A stretch of 64,000 nucleotides of DNA from Andalucia godoyi And28 (taxonomy: Eukaryota > Protista > Jakobida): NCBI GenBank assembly GCA_009859145.1, contig VRVR01000033.1, positions 124,001 through 188,000 of the forward strand. Reading direction: 5' to 3'. Of this stretch, positions 61,645 through 64,000 are shown one piece after another. The first letter of the stretch is position 1; every line of letters starts with the position of its first letter. The translations under genes and the position numbers were made by a program. The notes under the pieces were generated by a model. That model did no database searches. It worked only from the letters and a program-made list of their open reading frames with translations, and had not been told where the DNA came from.

Positions 61645-63222
61645 ATGCAGGAAAGCACCATGGCGGACCGTACAATGGAAGAAAATCCAAGTCCTACTTG
61701 TTCTCCAACGGCTGTCCTAACAATGGAAAATTCGAGCTCTGGGCATTCCATGCCAAAGTCTACAGAGCTGGATCCAGCTGTCCTTGTCACGCATAACGAA
61801 CTCAACAAGCTGCGAGCCTCCCTTCGTCATCAGGCATTCATGTTCACACTGGCTCTTTGTTTCCTAGCACTTGTTGCCCTTTCGTCATTTGGAGTGGCAA
61901 TTGCCGCATACCGCAAAGCAGACGATGCATCCTCGTCCGCGACAACATCTGTTGTATCGAGTAACATCCGTGTTGGACCGTCCAATCTTGAAAGTGATGC
62001 TGTCGTGACTGGAGCAATTGCGAACGGCGCCGTGACGTCGGAAAAACTGCGCATCTCAACAACGGTCATCAGCTCAAGCACACAACTTGCAACAAACACA
62101 GCAGGGGCAGTTTTCGTTTCAGGAAACACAACCGTGGCATTGCCGAATCCTGCAGCAACAGTAGGGACGCAAATCACGTTTAAAAAGACGGATGCCGGCA
62201 CGAAGAGCACTATTGCGGGCACAATAGACCAGTACACGACCGTCGTGCTGTCTTCTCAAAACGCAGTGTTGAGCGTGATGAGCGACGGTACCAAGTGGTC
62301 CATACTGTTTGCGATTCCAGATTCGATGACTCCACGCCCCGGTCAAGGTGGACTTATTACTCTTGCGGATCGCAGCTCCACGAGAGCTGAAATCAAGTTC
62401 TTTTGGGCCACGGACGACGACGACGATGTTGGTTCTCTGCAATACCGCATGTACTACTCGTCCTCGAGTGCAGACATGATGACTGTGCAAGGGATCGAAG
62501 CAACCGGTATCCCCATTGGGATAACTTCTTGGAGTACAATGGCCCAGCTGACCGCAAGTGAAGAACAGTCCGATAAGAACTACGCCTACATTTCGGCCAG
62601 TCTTCCTAGTGTTGGTGCGTATTTTCTGAACGTGCTTGTTCGAGATCCGCACAACAACACTGCTGCATACTCGTATCTTCAGGTCACCCCTGCGTCTCTC
62701 ATTGCTGTCTGGGCGTACGAAACCCTTCTTGACGGCAACATTGGCGGTCGAACCGGTGCGAATGCAAAATGTGCTTCTTCCTCGTTTCGTCCGCTTGGAT
62801 TCAACGGATATGGCGCTCTGATCTCTGTCGGAGGAAATGACCGCTGGAAGACGGGCAATGTTCCATGGAAAGACTGGAACGACGGAGTTCCTTATTTCTA
62901 CACGATTACCGGGCAGTATTTAGCAGCGCAGATGGTGAACACATGGACGACCAACGGATTCTCCTTGAGTTCTGCGCTGAATTCCTCCAGCCAGATTGCA
63001 CAGTACACGGCATCTTCCAATGCCAAATACTGGACCGGTACATTTGCGAATGGAACTGCAACTCCCGACACATGCAATGGATGGACATCGAACTCTGCCC
63101 TGCTCTCGGGGACCCTTGGAGACGGGTCAAGCAAAACCCCCCTGTGGATAAACAACGGCACTTCTTCTTGCAACCAAATGCTCCCAATGCTGTGCATCGC
63201 CTACTGGAAGAGTTTTGCTTAA
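61645..63222 (+). CDS. Type II membrane protein with fibre-like repeats, FN3-like domain and C-terminal DUF1554/endostatin-like domain
   Basis: Single TM near the N-terminus, AVVTGAIANGAVTSEKL repeat, WATD...LQYRMYYS, and C-terminal DGNIGGRTGANAKC...WTG...TC.GWTS...G......W...C...LPMLC. Confidence 0.6.
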   Translation: MQESTMADRTMEENPSPTCSPTAVLTMENSSSGHSMPKSTELDPAVLVTHNELNKLRASLRHQAFMFTLALCFLALVALSSFGVAIAAYRKADDASSSATTSVVSSNIRVGPSNLESDAVVTGAIANGAVTSEKLRISTTVISSSTQLATNTAGAVFVSGNTTVALPNPAATVGTQITFKKTDAGTKSTIAGTIDQYTTVVLSSQNAVLSVMSDGTKWSILFAIPDSMTPRPGQGGLITLADRSSTRAEIKFFWATDDDDDVGSLQYRMYYSSSSADMMTVQGIEATGIPIGITSWSTMAQLTASEEQSDKNYAYISASLPSVGAYFLNVLVRDPHNNTAAYSYLQVTPASLIAVWAYETLLDGNIGGRTGANAKCASSSFRPLGFNGYGALISVGGNDRWKTGNVPWKDWNDGVPYFYTITGQYLAAQMVNTWTTNGFSLSSALNSSSQIAQYTASSNAKYWTGTFANGTATPDTCNGWTSNSALLSGTLGDGSSKTPLWINNGTSSCNQMLPMLCIAYWKSFA

Positions 63223-63698
63223 CCACCGCATAGGAGTGGCGTACGCTACCTTTTTTTATAGCACTCGGTATCACCCAGTTCATAATAAATTCAGTCTTCT
63301 TCTTCTTCTAATAATAATGAAATGAATTAAAATAAACTGTTCGTAGTAGCAGAACCCCCCCGCTTTCCTCTCTCTTCTTTTGGATCCTGGTTTGATTTGA
63401 TGAGCAACTGAGCATTGAGGCTTGAGCAGCTCTCCGAAATAAATTGAGCGAGAACAAATATGAGATCACTGCGCTATTCGTTTCGCATCTCGGATTTTTC
63501 CAAATACACATTTCATTGTCACTTCGGTTTTCTTCTTCTCCCATTGTTATTATTTTTCCCCTTCTATTATTCAAAACACCTTTCTTCTTCTTCTTCTTCT
63601 TCTTCTTCTTCTTTTCTCTTCCTTTTCCCGTCTCTGTGCCTTTCCCTGTATCTCTATTCTGTGTGAGAAGAAATCCAGTTGAAATCAAAACGCGAGGA

Positions 63699-64000
63699 AT
63701 GTTGCGTCGAGTGATTTCTGGATCTGTTCGTCCGGCAATCCAGAGCCGCGCGTCTCTCGTTCTTCTTGGTTCCCGCTCCTATGCATCCTCCACTGTCGTC
63801 GTCGCCGCTGCCTCGACTTCTCCGTTTGCACCTCTTGATTCGTTTACGCGGCGCCACATTGGATCCTCCGACAAGGATCTTGGAGAAATGCTCAACACGG
63901 TCGGAGCAACCTCGCTTGACGGACTCGTCTCTGCAACTGTGCCGCCTGCTATCTACCGTTCCTCGTTGCTCAACCTTGGACCGGAGAAGGCAGAGTCGAC
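63699..64000 (+). CDS. GLDC: Glycine dehydrogenase (decarboxylating), glycine cleavage P protein, 3'-truncated by the window edge
   Basis: Not in the ORF track. Translates to an Arg/Ser-rich presequence MLRRVISGSVRPAIQSR..., then DSFTRRHIGSS...EMLNTVGATSLDGLVSATVP. Confidence 0.9.
   Translation, partial: MLRRVISGSVRPAIQSRASLVLLGSRSYASSTVVVAAASTSPFAPLDSFTRRHIGSSDKDLGEMLNTVGATSLDGLVSATVPPAIYRSSLLNLGPEKAES

Noticed and set aside
1-64000. tRNA, rRNA, CRISPR arrays, viral core genes or an intact transposase
   Set aside because: None recognised by eye; tRNAscan-SE and Infernal would be needed to exclude them formally.

Overview
Gene-dense, intron-poor nuclear DNA of a unicellular eukaryote. It appears flagellated (TTLL3-type tubulin glycylase) and mitochondriate (presequence-bearing glycine decarboxylase P). 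About 30 protein genes are supported, mostly housekeeping, with only three well-supported GT-AG introns. The standout locus is a head-to-head class Ia ribonucleotide reductase pair (R1 33459-38402 minus; R2 39011-40015 plus). R1 is interrupted by two LAGLIDADG inteins. One is canonical (Cys...His-Asn/Cys+1). The other sits in the substrate-specificity loop and has Gly, not Cys/Ser/Thr, at +1. Two E2F-consensus sites lie mid-way between R1 and R2. Intergenic spaces hold several decayed Fanzor/TnpB (OMEGA) relics. Two of them (about 21.3 kb and 60.2 kb) share a structured right end, including an 11-bp tetraloop hairpin conserved in position and length but not in sequence, a likely omega-RNA scaffold. 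Unusual architectures include a myristoylated EF-hand/CIPK-like kinase fusion, a BLTP3-like protein with C2 and PH domains, a six-saposin precursor and a bacterial-looking DUF1554-like membrane protein. All calls come from reading motifs by eye; no database searches were run.
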